From assembly GCA_017648085.1 (NCBI GenBank), contig JAGCJI010000069.1, positions 1-51,962 on the forward strand: DNA of 51,962 bases, written 5' to 3'. The notes below the pieces were generated by a model. It saw only the letters and a list, made by a program, of their open reading frames with translations, did no database searches and was not told the origin of the DNA. Source of the stretch: Clostridia bacterium. Lineage in GTDB: Bacteria; Bacillota; Clostridia; Oscillospirales; CAG-272. Shown piece after piece: positions 17,081 to 26,745 of this stretch (its first letter is position 1; every line of letters begins with the position of its first letter). Position numbers and translations under genes: made by a program.

Positions 17081-19948
17081 CTACCTCCCACGAAATTTAT
17101 CAATAATAGGTCTTATGTATTCAAGAATTCTGTCTCCGTAAACGTAAAATACAAGCACCCCTGCAATAGCCACAACACCAAACGCTATGAGTGTAAACGT
17201 CCAGCTTCTGTCCACCTCATATCTCTCGTGCTGTCGCTTCAATTTTTTCATAATGAAGCGAAGGTCAGAATCGGCAGAGCGGATGTCCGCCTTGGCGCGC
17301 TTGACGTTTGCAAGCAGCTCTTTTTTGGCGCGGCCGGTCGGCTTCAGCTTCTTAAGCTTATAATAGGACTCCTCTATGACAGCTACGCTTCTCGTCTTTT
17401 TGTTAAGCAGCTCAAACGCCTTTTCCTTTATATCAATAGGTGCTTTGAAGCTGTCTATTTTAGCGGCGACGTTGCGCTGCTTCCTATACATATACTTGGC
17501 GTGTTTTTTGCGCACGCGTGTGGCCTTGCGGTCGATTTTAACCTTTTTGAGATTCCTGTCCGTGCCACCGTAAAGCGCGATAAGACGCTCGTTTATATCC
17601 TCTCTTTCGTTGAGGAGCACCTCAAGGCGCAATTTGAGCGCGTCAAGCTTGTCGCGACGTGCGTTTTTCTTGTTTTTTTCGCTTTCCGCATCCATAGCGA
17701 AAAGCATATAGTATCTCGCGTTGTCGTCTCGCTCAATAGCCATAGCACGCGAAGCAGAGCGCTTCAGCTTTGAAATTTTAGCCGAAACGGAAGCGAGCTC
17801 CTTTGAACGCCGTTTTCCGTCGGCAGAGTAGGAATTATTCAGTATGTCGCGCTCGCCTTCAAGATACGCTATACGGTATTCGTTGCGAAGCCCTACGAGC
17901 AAAACGTCCCTTTCCGTAGCGCGCTTGATTGCACTCATTTTAGCGGCGCGGCGCTTCTCGCGCTCAATTAATTCCGCACGGGTAAGCTCTTGCGGCTCGT
18001 TCAGAGCGGCTCGGGCAAGCTCGCCGTCTACTAGCTCTCCCTGCCTTGCAAGTCTGCGACGTCGCTCCGCATCAAGCGCGCGGCGGCTTGCAAATGCCTC
18101 CTCGTACACTTCGTCGCCAAGGTAGTAAACGTTAGGAATAGGACGCCAGGATTTGCCCTTCAGCACTTCGTCCACAACCTCGCGAGATATGCGAGTTAGC
18201 GGCTTACCGCTTATCTCCTCGTAGCTTTCACAATAATCGTTATAGATGTTGATTTCGGCGAGCAATTGCTTTTTGAATTTCGCCGTCTTGCTTCTGACCG
18301 AGGCGTAAACGCACGCCGTCAGAGCCTCCGCGGCGACCGTCGTTATTTCCTTTTGGACACCTATGCATTTAACTGTGAGAAGCAATCTTTCCTCCTCGGT
18401 ATCCTGCTTTGAGGATGCAACGAGCTTGCGCATTTTCTTGCGCAGAGCATTCTGCTCTCGCATATATCCGTTGAGACGACCGCGCAGCTGTGATTTCGCA
18501 TAAACCGCAAGCTCGCGATTCTCCTGCTCGTCCTTTTCAAGACCCTTGAGCGTGGAATCCTCCTCGTAATCGAGCGTCATCTCGTATTCCAAAAGCTCCT
18601 GCTTGTTGCGCGCAGTCGCGCCGTAGAGCAGCTCCTCGTCGGTCAAATCTCTGTCCACAGAATATCCGCGACGCTCCGCATAGGCAAGGTCGCGGCGCTC
18701 GTCGGCAGCTTTGTCTGCCAAGTACTTCTCGTACTCGGCAAGCTCGTCAGCCTCGTCTATAAGCTCCCTTGCTCGCTCCCTCTCAAGATATGCGTCGTAT
18801 TCGTCTGTACCGTGCGCAGAATCGGGCGTCAAGGGCACGTAGCTATCCCCTCTTACCAGAGCCACGGCGCGTTTTATCTCTTCAACCTGGGCTTTGTATC
18901 TTTCAAGCTCCTCTGCAAGAAGCAGTCGCTCGCGAGCAATATCTCCGCTTGCGCTCCGGATGGCGGCAATTTCACGCTCCACGTGCTCGGTTTTTGCACG
19001 GTGAAGCATTTCATCATAGGTGCGGTTACCGACCATCTCTGCCGCGCCGTAAACGTGACCGCCAATATTTATTACAAGCTCGCCGTCCTTCTTTTCCCTT
19101 CCCTCGCCTATCTCTATAACTATTTTTTCGTTCTGCTGCGCGGGGGGCGTGTCGGATTTTTTATTGTTTTTTACAGTTTCAGTGAGCGGAACGTATTCGT
19201 CTGCCCCACCCTTTTCACCGACACCGGACGGCGCGGAGCATGCCCCCGCCTTGCTTGTCCCCGATTTTTGCGTATCAGGCAGGCGCGGCTCTTCCGTTTT
19301 TACACTCTCGGGCGCGTTTTCGAGTTGCTTTTCGGACGCCGTCTGCTTTTCGGAAGCAGATTCTTTCTGCACCCGCGATGCAGCTTGTCCGTCAGGCGCG
19401 GCTTTCTGCCGGCTTCCCGACGCCGTCTGCTTTTCGCGAGCGGGCTCTTGTTGCCGCTCTGCTTCTGCCGCTCTCGCCTCTGCACGTGCCAAAATAGCCG
19501 ACCGCTCCCGCATACGAGCCTCGTTTGCCTCTTTTTCGCGGCGCAGAAACTCCTCTATTTCCTTCTTGCGCTCAAACTCGCGGCGTTCCTTTTCTGCCCG
19601 CTCCGCAGCCTCGCGCTCCGTTTTCCTCTGTTCCGCATTTTTGTTCTCGCGCTCCGCAAGGCGTTGTCTGTATGCTTCGCGATAGCTTCTCTCCGCCTCC
19701 GCGCTTTCCGCCGCCTCCCTAGCGCGCCTCGTATTTTCTTCCATAGCCGCACGCGCTCTTTCTATACGGCGCTTGGTTTGCTCCTCGCTTTCCGAAAGGA
19801 GTCGCTCCCTATGGCTCTTGCGCGCATCGGCACTGCTCTTTTGCTTTTTTACAAGCTCAATGATCTCATCTATCTGTCTATCTTCGGTCGTTTTTTCGCG
19901 TCCTGTGGAGCGCGACGTCATCTCAACGTTGCTTGGCTTTTCTGCCAT
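17081..19948 (-). CDS. Hyper-charged (E/R/K/A-rich) coiled-coil-type protein with a single C-terminal transmembrane anchor
   Basis: 955-aa ORF. The first ~240 aa are low-complexity ERAEKERREFERKKE-type sequence. Long predicted helical stretches follow. The C-terminus (WTFTLIAFGVVAIAGVLVFYVYG) is followed by only ~20 residues. No family was recognised. Confidence 0.8.
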   Translation of the reverse strand: MAEKPSNVEMTSRSTGREKTTEDRQIDEIIELVKKQKSSADARKSHRERLLSESEEQTKRRIERARAAMEENTRRAREAAESAEAERSYREAYRQRLAERENKNAEQRKTEREAAERAEKERREFERKKEIEEFLRREKEANEARMRERSAILARAEARAAEAERQQEPAREKQTASGSRQKAAPDGQAASRVQKESASEKQTASEKQLENAPESVKTEEPRLPDTQKSGTSKAGACSAPSGVGEKGGADEYVPLTETVKNNKKSDTPPAQQNEKIVIEIGEGREKKDGELVINIGGHVYGAAEMVGNRTYDEMLHRAKTEHVEREIAAIRSASGDIARERLLLAEELERYKAQVEEIKRAVALVRGDSYVPLTPDSAHGTDEYDAYLERERARELIDEADELAEYEKYLADKAADERRDLAYAERRGYSVDRDLTDEELLYGATARNKQELLEYEMTLDYEEDSTLKGLEKDEQENRELAVYAKSQLRGRLNGYMREQNALRKKMRKLVASSKQDTEEERLLLTVKCIGVQKEITTVAAEALTACVYASVRSKTAKFKKQLLAEINIYNDYCESYEEISGKPLTRISREVVDEVLKGKSWRPIPNVYYLGDEVYEEAFASRRALDAERRRRLARQGELVDGELARAALNEPQELTRAELIEREKRRAAKMSAIKRATERDVLLVGLRNEYRIAYLEGERDILNNSYSADGKRRSKELASVSAKISKLKRSASRAMAIERDDNARYYMLFAMDAESEKNKKNARRDKLDALKLRLEVLLNEREDINERLIALYGGTDRNLKKVKIDRKATRVRKKHAKYMYRKQRNVAAKIDSFKAPIDIKEKAFELLNKKTRSVAVIEESYYKLKKLKPTGRAKKELLANVKRAKADIRSADSDLRFIMKKLKRQHERYEVDRSWTFTLIAFGVVAIAGVLVFYVYGDRILEYIRPIIDKFRGR

Positions 19949-19991
19949 GGTGCACCTCCTCCCACCGAATTCTTACGGCTACGTACGAATT

Positions 19992-20411
19992 TTATTTTTC
20001 ACCGTTCTGCGACTCGTAATACTTAAGCAAATAATTAAGTATATCACGGCGCAAAACTATTCCTATGAAGCATCCGCGATCGTCCACGACGGGCACGAAG
20101 TTATGCTCCTTTACGTTTTCAATAAGCTGATTCATCGTCGCGTTATGCGTTATCGGCTTTGAATAATCCTTATCCAGAATCCGCATCACGCTGTCGCGCT
20201 CGGCGGCTCTTGCGTCAAACGCACCGCCCTTAAGAAAATATTTAAATAAATCGTCGTTTCTCAAAGTGCCAACGTACGTCCCATCCTCGTCAAGCACGGG
20301 TATAGCCACGTAATGATGGTACTGCATCTTTTCAAGTGCCTGTCTTACTGTGCTTGTCGTGTATATGTACTCAACCGAGCTTTTGGGAAGAATGAATCGT
20401 AAAACATTCAT
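19992..20411 (-). CDS. CBS-domain-pair protein
   Basis: 139 aa. Two CBS-like repeats are present (..AIPVLDEDGTYVGTL... and ..FVPVVDDRGCFIGIV.RRDIL). Confidence 0.8.
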   Translation of the reverse strand: MNVLRFILPKSSVEYIYTTSTVRQALEKMQYHHYVAIPVLDEDGTYVGTLRNDDLFKYFLKGGAFDARAAERDSVMRILDKDYSKPITHNATMNQLIENVKEHNFVPVVDDRGCFIGIVLRRDILNYLLKYYESQNGEK

Positions 20412-20441
20412 ATAAAAGCACCCCTCTTTATATTTTTAGCC

Positions 20442-21287
20442 TCATCTGAAGCCGTAAAGCGCAGTTCCTATTACCGTTGCATATTCTGCAGACTCGGGAA
20501 TAAGGAAGTTCGCCCCGTACATCTCCTTCATACGGTTAAAAAAGTCAAATTTTTCGCGACAGTATGCCAGGCGTGTCAAATTTCCGGTTAAAACTATATC
20601 GCTTACACCCACGCTTCGCGCGGCAAATATTGAAACCATACCGACGGTTTCAAGAACCATATTCATAATACCGAGAGCAAAGTCGGGCTTGTCAGCCACG
20701 TCGGACACGTTACCGAAGTTTGCCGCCGTCAATTCCCCCGCTAAAATTCCGTGTGAGCTGCCTGCGGTAATATCCTTTATGCGCAGGTCCACGTTTGCGA
20801 TATTGCCTGCCGAGGCAAAATCCTCGATATGCTCTATGCTCTCTGCCGAAAGCAGAAGCTTCGAAAGTCCCATCAGCGTGCCGCCGCCGACACCCGTACC
20901 GCCAAGATAATTCATCTCGCCGTTTGCCGATGCATGCACAAGTGCCGTACCCGTGCCCATACTGACCACGAGCGCGCTGTTAAATCCGGATATATAAAGT
21001 CCGCCAAGTCCTATAGCGTTGAACTCCGGTACGTGTAGGCACTCCAACCCGTAAAGGTCGCGCTTGACGTAGGACGAGCCGACACCGGTCATCATTATTT
21101 TGTCTATGTCTTTGATAGAAAGCCTGTTTTCGTCGGTAAATTTTCCAAACGCGCCGTAGGTGGCGGTTATCGGATCGTTAGCGCGCACGAGCTGCGGCTG
21201 TATCAGTTCTCTTTTTTCACCGTCGGTACGAAAGCCGACTATTTTCGTCGTGCTTCCGCCAACGTCAATTCCTATGACTACGCTCAT
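20442..21287 (-). CDS. coaW: Type II pantothenate kinase (CoaW-like, ASKHA fold)
   Basis: 281 aa. IGIDVGGSTTKIV, GTGTA, GGTGVGGGTLMGLSKLL and GELTAANFG closely parallel staphylococcal CoaW motifs (GIDAGGTLIKIV, GTGTS, GGIGTGGGMIQGLGYLL, GDLTAANFG). Confidence 0.75.
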   Translation of the reverse strand: MSVVIGIDVGGSTTKIVGFRTDGEKRELIQPQLVRANDPITATYGAFGKFTDENRLSIKDIDKIMMTGVGSSYVKRDLYGLECLHVPEFNAIGLGGLYISGFNSALVVSMGTGTALVHASANGEMNYLGGTGVGGGTLMGLSKLLLSAESIEHIEDFASAGNIANVDLRIKDITAGSSHGILAGELTAANFGNVSDVADKPDFALGIMNMVLETVGMVSIFAARSVGVSDIVLTGNLTRLAYCREKFDFFNRMKEMYGANFLIPESAEYATVIGTALYGFR

Positions 21288-22903
21288 CTGCTTTTATTCT
21301 CCTTGACCCTATTCATAAGGTTTTCAAACGACAACCCGTACTTATCTGCAATATCTCTTGCATACGAGCGGCCGTCAGGCTTCATTCTGTGGATCTTGAA
21401 GGAGCGCTCCCCCTCCTCCATTCCCGCAACGAGCGTGTCTATTTTGACACCGCCGTCGACAGCCGAGCGATCGTTGATCTCGGCAACGCTCGCCGCAAGG
21501 TCGTGAAGGTGAGTTGAGAATATGCCCCTGCAACGCAAAACCGCAAAGCCGGTCAGTATTTCAGATGCAATATAAGTCGCCTCATAAGCGCCGGTGGAGG
21601 AAAGCGACTCGTCAAGCAGTATCATACTGTCAGGGCTCACCGCATCGAATATTTCCTTAAGTCGCGCGCACTCCTCGCCAAGACGTCCCTTATCGATCGT
21701 GTCGTCAGCTCCCTCGGGGAAATGGGTAAATATGGCGTCTACTGGGGAAATTTTAGCTTCGGTTGCCGGCACGGGAAGCCCCAACTGCATCAGGGCCTGC
21801 GATGCACCCACGGCAACGGTAATAACCGACTTTCCACCGCGGTTAGGTCCTGTCAACACGTATATGCCCGCGTTTTCATCAAAGGAAAAGTCATTTGTGA
21901 CTATGGTTTCCTCAATAGCGAGCGCAACCCTCGGATTGTATATTCCCACGGCAGAAAACGCCTTAGCCTCGGAGGGCATTATCTCGGGCATGCATACGGT
22001 GCAGCCGGGATGGGAGCGTAACCTGCGCATAAGCTCCGCAGAGCGAAGCACGAACTCTATTTCGGGAAGCATTTTGAGAAGGAAGTCTGTGTTGTCAAGC
22101 ACGTACTCGCCGACTATAGCACGCCAGCCCTTGACGGAGGAGCGGAAAACCTCCTCTATCGCACCGTTAAACGCGCCGATAAGGGCCTCCTTTTTATTAT
22201 CGCTCTGCCCCTTTCCAAAGGGGGAAAGCTCCGCAATGCAGGTAAACGCGTCGTTTTTAAAGGAAAGGCGAAGTATCTTATCAAGCATCTTTCCCGACTT
22301 AAACGGCTCGGAATTTATGGATATAACTCCGGCGGAATCCGGGCGGAGCTGGTTGTCAAGGTTTACTCCGACGGTAATGCTCTTGACCTCGTGCACGCGC
22401 TCTGCCAACGACTGAAGCTTCTCGTTAAGCTCGCGGTAGTAATCCGATGAGCAAAGCTCAAATATAAAGTCGGAAAGATTTTTAAACGCTTCGCTCTGCA
22501 GCTTGTCGCGTATTGGCAAAAATCCCTCGTGCAACGCCTCTATGCAAGAAACGTAAAGCTCTATTTCCGTGATACTGTAAAGATACGAGTCGCCCGACGA
22601 CGCGCTCTCGCTGTCGAGCCGGCGCAATTCCTGTATATCGTCAAGTATCGGCTGTGCCTTTGAGAGCGTTGCGCGTATCTCGTCGTTTTCTATAACGTCA
22701 GCAATAGCCGCCTGTCTGTATCTTATAACCTCCTCCGACGAGGTGAAAAAGTCGGTAAGAGAGCTGTTTTTCAGGTCAAAAATTTCGCCAAGACCAAGCT
22801 CGTCGCATACATCCTCGGATATATTTGGCAAATTTTCTCTGTTTGCATGAAAATCGTGCGATGCCTCACTCGGATAAAGCAGGCTTATGAATCTTTCTTC
22901 CAT
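21284..22903 (-). CDS. MutS-related ATPase lacking the mismatch-recognition domain (MutS domains III/V only)
   Basis: 539 aa. It has Walker A GPNRGGKS, Walker B ILLDESLSSTG and the MutS-type STHLHDL motif. There is no N-terminal mismatch-binding (GxFYE) region. It overlaps coaW by 4 nt. Confidence 0.8.
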   Translation of the reverse strand: MEERFISLLYPSEASHDFHANRENLPNISEDVCDELGLGEIFDLKNSSLTDFFTSSEEVIRYRQAAIADVIENDEIRATLSKAQPILDDIQELRRLDSESASSGDSYLYSITEIELYVSCIEALHEGFLPIRDKLQSEAFKNLSDFIFELCSSDYYRELNEKLQSLAERVHEVKSITVGVNLDNQLRPDSAGVISINSEPFKSGKMLDKILRLSFKNDAFTCIAELSPFGKGQSDNKKEALIGAFNGAIEEVFRSSVKGWRAIVGEYVLDNTDFLLKMLPEIEFVLRSAELMRRLRSHPGCTVCMPEIMPSEAKAFSAVGIYNPRVALAIEETIVTNDFSFDENAGIYVLTGPNRGGKSVITVAVGASQALMQLGLPVPATEAKISPVDAIFTHFPEGADDTIDKGRLGEECARLKEIFDAVSPDSMILLDESLSSTGAYEATYIASEILTGFAVLRCRGIFSTHLHDLAASVAEINDRSAVDGGVKIDTLVAGMEEGERSFKIHRMKPDGRSYARDIADKYGLSFENLMNRVKENKSR

Positions 22904-23100
22904 TCGTATCTCCTTGCCGCCTTATGCGTTTTTTACGTTATGTCTCGGCGGCTCTCGTCCAGTATAAGTATATCATATAAACACGCGCCGCGCAAGAGAT
23001 ATTTATTAATATTTTTAAAATTTTGCACCAAGCTGCAAAGCCGCAAGACTCTTTGTGCAACAGTGCCAAAAACAACGCCATATCTTTGGGAGGGGGGTAT

Positions 23101-23130
23101 ACTTACTCGGCGCGAAAACGGTGCTAGAAT
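23101..23130 (+). promoter_or_regulatory. Candidate extended -10 promoter upstream of the phage-like cluster
   Basis: TG-C-TAGAAT lies at 23122..23130 with a weak -35 (ACTTAC/CTTACT). It would give a ~95-nt structured leader before terS. Confidence 0.3.
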
Positions 23131-23226
23131 AGAGCTGCCGCGGGAGGTTGGGTATGAGATATTCCGGATATTCTTAGACTCCCGAAAAGACGGTGCGCGA
23201 CCGTCAGGCAGAGGAGGAGGCATTTT

Positions 23227-23586
23227 GTGATGAAGAAAAAAACCAAATACAAAAGCGATATGCCGAGGCTTCTATACAGCTTTTTTATCTCACACAGCGA
23301 GGGCGGTGCGCCGAGCTTTCAGAAGTTTGCGCGGAGCATCGGAATTACTCTTGCGGAGCTTGAGGGGTACAGAACGCGAAAGGAATTTGACAGAGCGTGG
23401 CGGGAATGCAACGAAATCAGAAGGGATTACCTCATAGACGCAGCGCTGACACGCCGCCACGACCCGTCGTTCGTTAAATTTCTGCTCTCAAGCGAATACG
23501 GAATGGGCGAAAAGGATAAAGAGCCCACCGATACCGCACTTACGGTTTCCCTTGACGTGTTGACGGACGGAAAGCATGAAGCTTAA
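23227..23586 (+). CDS. terS: Phage terminase small subunit (HTH-type)
   Basis: 119 aa directly upstream of, and overlapping, terL. The pattern SF.KFARSIGITLAELEGY....EF..AW.EC.EIR.DYL.DAAL......SF.KFLL matches the common terS HTH layout. A GGAGGAGG RBS is present. The start is either the GTG at 23227 or the ATG at 23230. Confidence 0.7.
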   Translation: MMKKKTKYKSDMPRLLYSFFISHSEGGAPSFQKFARSIGITLAELEGYRTRKEFDRAWRECNEIRRDYLIDAALTRRHDPSFVKFLLSSEYGMGEKDKEPTDTALTVSLDVLTDGKHEA

Positions 23587-24940
23587 TTTATCGGTTACCG
23601 AAAAGCAGAAGCTTTTCATCGACGCAAAGGAATCGGAGGTACTGTTCGGCGGCGCGGCGGGAGGAGGCAAATCGTACGGGCAGGTGGTAGACGCACTGCT
23701 CTTTGCCCTCTTTTACCCCGCATCCAAGCAGCTTATACTTAGACGCACCTTTGCAGAGCTTGAAAAATCGCTTATCAGAGTAGCCCTGGCACTCTATCCG
23801 CGAAGTATATACACCTTCAACTCATCCTCGCACACCGGCCGATTTAAAAACGGCTCGGTCATAGACTTCGGCTACTGCGCTACCGAAAACGACGTATATC
23901 AGTATCAGAGCGCGGAATACGACGTCATTCGCTTCGACGAGCTTACCCACTTTACAGAAGCACAGTACATCTACCTTATCTCGCGAGTCAGAGGAGCAAA
24001 CAGCTACCCAAAGCAGATAAAATCCTCGACAAACCCCGGCGGCGTAGGTCACTCCTGGGTAAAGGAACGATTTATAGACCCTGAGCGGCCGGGGAAGCGG
24101 TTTATCGGCGAGGACGGAATGGACAGAATATTCATCCCCTCCCTGCTGGACGACAACCGTTTTCTCACCGCGGGCGACCCCGATTACAAAAAAAGACTGT
24201 TAGCACTTCCCGACAGGGAAAGGCGCGCTCTCCTATACGGAGATTGGAACATCTTTGACGGACAGTATTTCTCGGAATTCAGAAGGGACAAGCACGTCAT
24301 AGAGCCATTCGAGATACCTAAAGGCTGGAGAAGATACCGCACGATCGACTACGGCCTTGACCGTCTTGTATGCCTATGGATCGCGATAAGTCCAACGAGC
24401 GACGTTTACGTATACAGAGAATACTGCGAATCAAATCTTCCGATAAGCGCGTCGGCAAGGGCAATCAACGAAAGAACGCCCGTAGGCGAGGATATATACG
24501 CGACTCTCGCGCCCCCTGACCTTTGGAGCAGAAGTCAGGAAACGGGCAAAACCAAGGCGTCTATTTTTTCGGAATACGGAGTCAACTTTACGCGCACGTC
24601 CAACGAAAGAGAGGCGGGGTGGCTTGCCATAAAGGAGCTTTTATGCGACACGGGAAGGGGTGCAAGGCTGAAAATCTTTTCTACCTGCACCGAGCTTATC
24701 CGTTGCCTGCCCGCGCTTGCCATAGATAAGATCCGCCCCACCGATTGTCAAAACGAGCCTCACGAGCTCACCCACGCACCGGATGCCCTGCGCGGCTTTG
24801 CGATATTTCACACGCGACCGGCGGCGGAGCGGACGGTCAAAAAGAGGGTTTTGTGGAGCGAGGACATGTGGCAGGACTACAACTCTGCGACCGATGAGGA
24901 AAAAAATTACTTAAAACGCAAATACGGAGAACCAATTTGA
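23576..24940 (+). CDS. terL: Phage terminase large subunit
   Basis: 454 aa. It has Walker A GGAAGGGKS, Walker B-like VIRFDELTHF and a C-terminal nuclease-type region. It lies between terS and the portal gene, overlapping both. Confidence 0.9.
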   Translation: MKLNLSVTEKQKLFIDAKESEVLFGGAAGGGKSYGQVVDALLFALFYPASKQLILRRTFAELEKSLIRVALALYPRSIYTFNSSSHTGRFKNGSVIDFGYCATENDVYQYQSAEYDVIRFDELTHFTEAQYIYLISRVRGANSYPKQIKSSTNPGGVGHSWVKERFIDPERPGKRFIGEDGMDRIFIPSLLDDNRFLTAGDPDYKKRLLALPDRERRALLYGDWNIFDGQYFSEFRRDKHVIEPFEIPKGWRRYRTIDYGLDRLVCLWIAISPTSDVYVYREYCESNLPISASARAINERTPVGEDIYATLAPPDLWSRSQETGKTKASIFSEYGVNFTRTSNEREAGWLAIKELLCDTGRGARLKIFSTCTELIRCLPALAIDKIRPTDCQNEPHELTHAPDALRGFAIFHTRPAAERTVKKRVLWSEDMWQDYNSATDEEKNYLKRKYGEPI

Positions 24941-26745
24941 AAACAACAACGTTAAAAAAAGAAAGGTTAGAGTTTTTCACGGAGCTTTACGAGCATGCCA
25001 AAAACAGCTATTCCGAAGCGCTTTCGCTCTATGAGCGGCACATGAATCAATACCGCGGCTCGTCGGAAATAGACGGCTCGTCAGAGCGAGCACTAACCGT
25101 CAGAAACATAACCTACGAAATAATTGAAAGCCAGGTGTCCTCCGATATTCCGCATCCGAAGGTTGATGCGGCGTGCTACAGCGAGCGGCGAATGAGAAAC
25201 GCTCTTTCAATAGAAAGGCTGCTCTCGTCCATTAGGGACAAGCTTCCCTACGAAGCCATAAACGACGTCGACGAACGATACACCTACATATACGGCGGCA
25301 GCGTATGGTACGTTGAGTGGGACAACACCCTTCGCCTCGGGCGCGAGGTAGGGGGCGTGCGACTTTATTGCCTTTCCCCGAGCAGCTTCATACCGCAGCC
25401 TAATATAACGCAGGTAGAGGATATGGAGTATTGCTTTTTGCGCCTTTCAACTACTCGCGGCGAGCTGGCGAGAAGATATAACGTGCGCCCGGAGGACCTT
25501 TCTCTTGCCGATTTTGACGAATCGGACGGAGACGGCGGAAGCGACGGCGACACCGCCACGGTGATAACCGTGTTTTACAAGGATGAGGAGGGCGACGTTT
25601 CCAAATTCGTCTTTTCGGGCGGGCTTACCCTCTTTGATATGCCGAAGTACTACCGAAGGAAAATCAAGGTATGCAAGCGATGCGGGTTATCACCCGAGCT
25701 TTGCGGCTGCGAGAAGCCGGATTTTTACAACGAGGACGAGGTGTTTGAAAAGCTGTCGGAGGAAATTCTTCTTCGCGACGGCGGTGTTATCCCCGCGTAT
25801 TCGCCCGAGCTGGTTAGCGGACGCCTGGTTAAGTCCAAGGGGGATTTTCTGATGAAGAAAACCGAGATCCCCTATTATACCCCGAAGTCGTTCCCGATAA
25901 TTATAAGGAAGAACACCTCCTTTGGAGATTCGCTGTTTGGACAGTCCGACTGCGAATACATACGCCCTGAACAGCAGGCGATAAACAAAATAGAGTCAAG
26001 AATACTCCAAAAGCTTCTTCGTGCCGCCATAACCCCGATAGTACCGGAGGACGCGACCATCTCTCTAAACAATTCCGTGTTCGGTCAAGTCATAAAGATG
26101 AAGCCGGGAGAGAGTGCATCTCAATACGGAAAAGTCGACACGACCCCCGATATAGCCCAAGACATCGCAGAAGCAGAGCGCCTTTACGACCACTCCAAGA
26201 GAACGCTGGGAATATCCGATGCCCTCCAGGGCCTTGACGCATACACGACTGAGTCGGGATATGCGCGACAGCTGAAAATTTCCCAGGCGTCCGGCAGACT
26301 TGAATCCAAAAGGAGGATGAAGCACGCGGCATACGCCGAGATGGACAGGCTCATATTTGAGCAATACCTCGCCTTTGCCGACGAGCCGCGCTCCCTACTT
26401 TACCGCGATGCATACGGCAGAATTCACAACACCGAGTTCAACAGATACGATTTCATTGAATACGACGTTGTTACGGGCGAATATTACTACGACGACTCCT
26501 ATCTTTTCTCGGTTGATCTGAACGGGGGTGCGGAGTATCAACGGGAGGCACTTTGGGAGAGAAATCTCGAAAATCTGCAAGCAGGCACTCTCGGTGACCC
26601 CAAGGACAACGTTACCCTGCTTCGCTACTGGCAATGCCAGGAAAGAGCACACTATCCTCATGCGCGTGAAAACGTAGAATACTTCACCCGTGCAATAGAA
26701 GAGGAGAAAGGAGAGATAAGCTATGTCAACGCCACAAACGCTTGA
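24937..26745 (+). CDS. Phage portal protein
   Basis: 602 aa immediately after terL. It uses a TTG start that overlaps the terL stop (TTGA), with GGAGA 6 nt upstream. The call rests on size and position, and no fold check was possible. Confidence 0.7.
   Translation: MKTTTLKKERLEFFTELYEHAKNSYSEALSLYERHMNQYRGSSEIDGSSERALTVRNITYEIIESQVSSDIPHPKVDAACYSERRMRNALSIERLLSSIRDKLPYEAINDVDERYTYIYGGSVWYVEWDNTLRLGREVGGVRLYCLSPSSFIPQPNITQVEDMEYCFLRLSTTRGELARRYNVRPEDLSLADFDESDGDGGSDGDTATVITVFYKDEEGDVSKFVFSGGLTLFDMPKYYRRKIKVCKRCGLSPELCGCEKPDFYNEDEVFEKLSEEILLRDGGVIPAYSPELVSGRLVKSKGDFLMKKTEIPYYTPKSFPIIIRKNTSFGDSLFGQSDCEYIRPEQQAINKIESRILQKLLRAAITPIVPEDATISLNNSVFGQVIKMKPGESASQYGKVDTTPDIAQDIAEAERLYDHSKRTLGISDALQGLDAYTTESGYARQLKISQASGRLESKRRMKHAAYAEMDRLIFEQYLAFADEPRSLLYRDAYGRIHNTEFNRYDFIEYDVVTGEYYYDDSYLFSVDLNGGAEYQREALWERNLENLQAGTLGDPKDNVTLLRYWQCQERAHYPHARENVEYFTRAIEEEKGEISYVNATNA

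Noticed and set aside
1853-20026. Long ORFs on the strand opposite the real genes, e.g. 1853..2584(+), 4100..5287(+), 6149..7153(+), 7333..8157(+), 8407..8925(+), 10597..11532(+), 12160..13536(+), 15066..15908(+) and 18812..20026(+).
   Set aside because: These are shadow ORFs inside much longer, motif-rich genes on the other strand. They have no RBS, odd composition (Cys/Arg/Val-rich) and no recognisable motifs.
22847-23230. Two overlapping ORFs (127 aa on the plus strand, 96 aa on the minus strand) in the gap between the MutS-like gene and terS. Considered as a possible phage repressor/Cro pair.
   Set aside because: Neither has an RBS or a helix-turn-helix-like sequence. Both are Arg/Ser/Pro-rich, as expected for random frames. 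The region is better explained as promoter/leader DNA.
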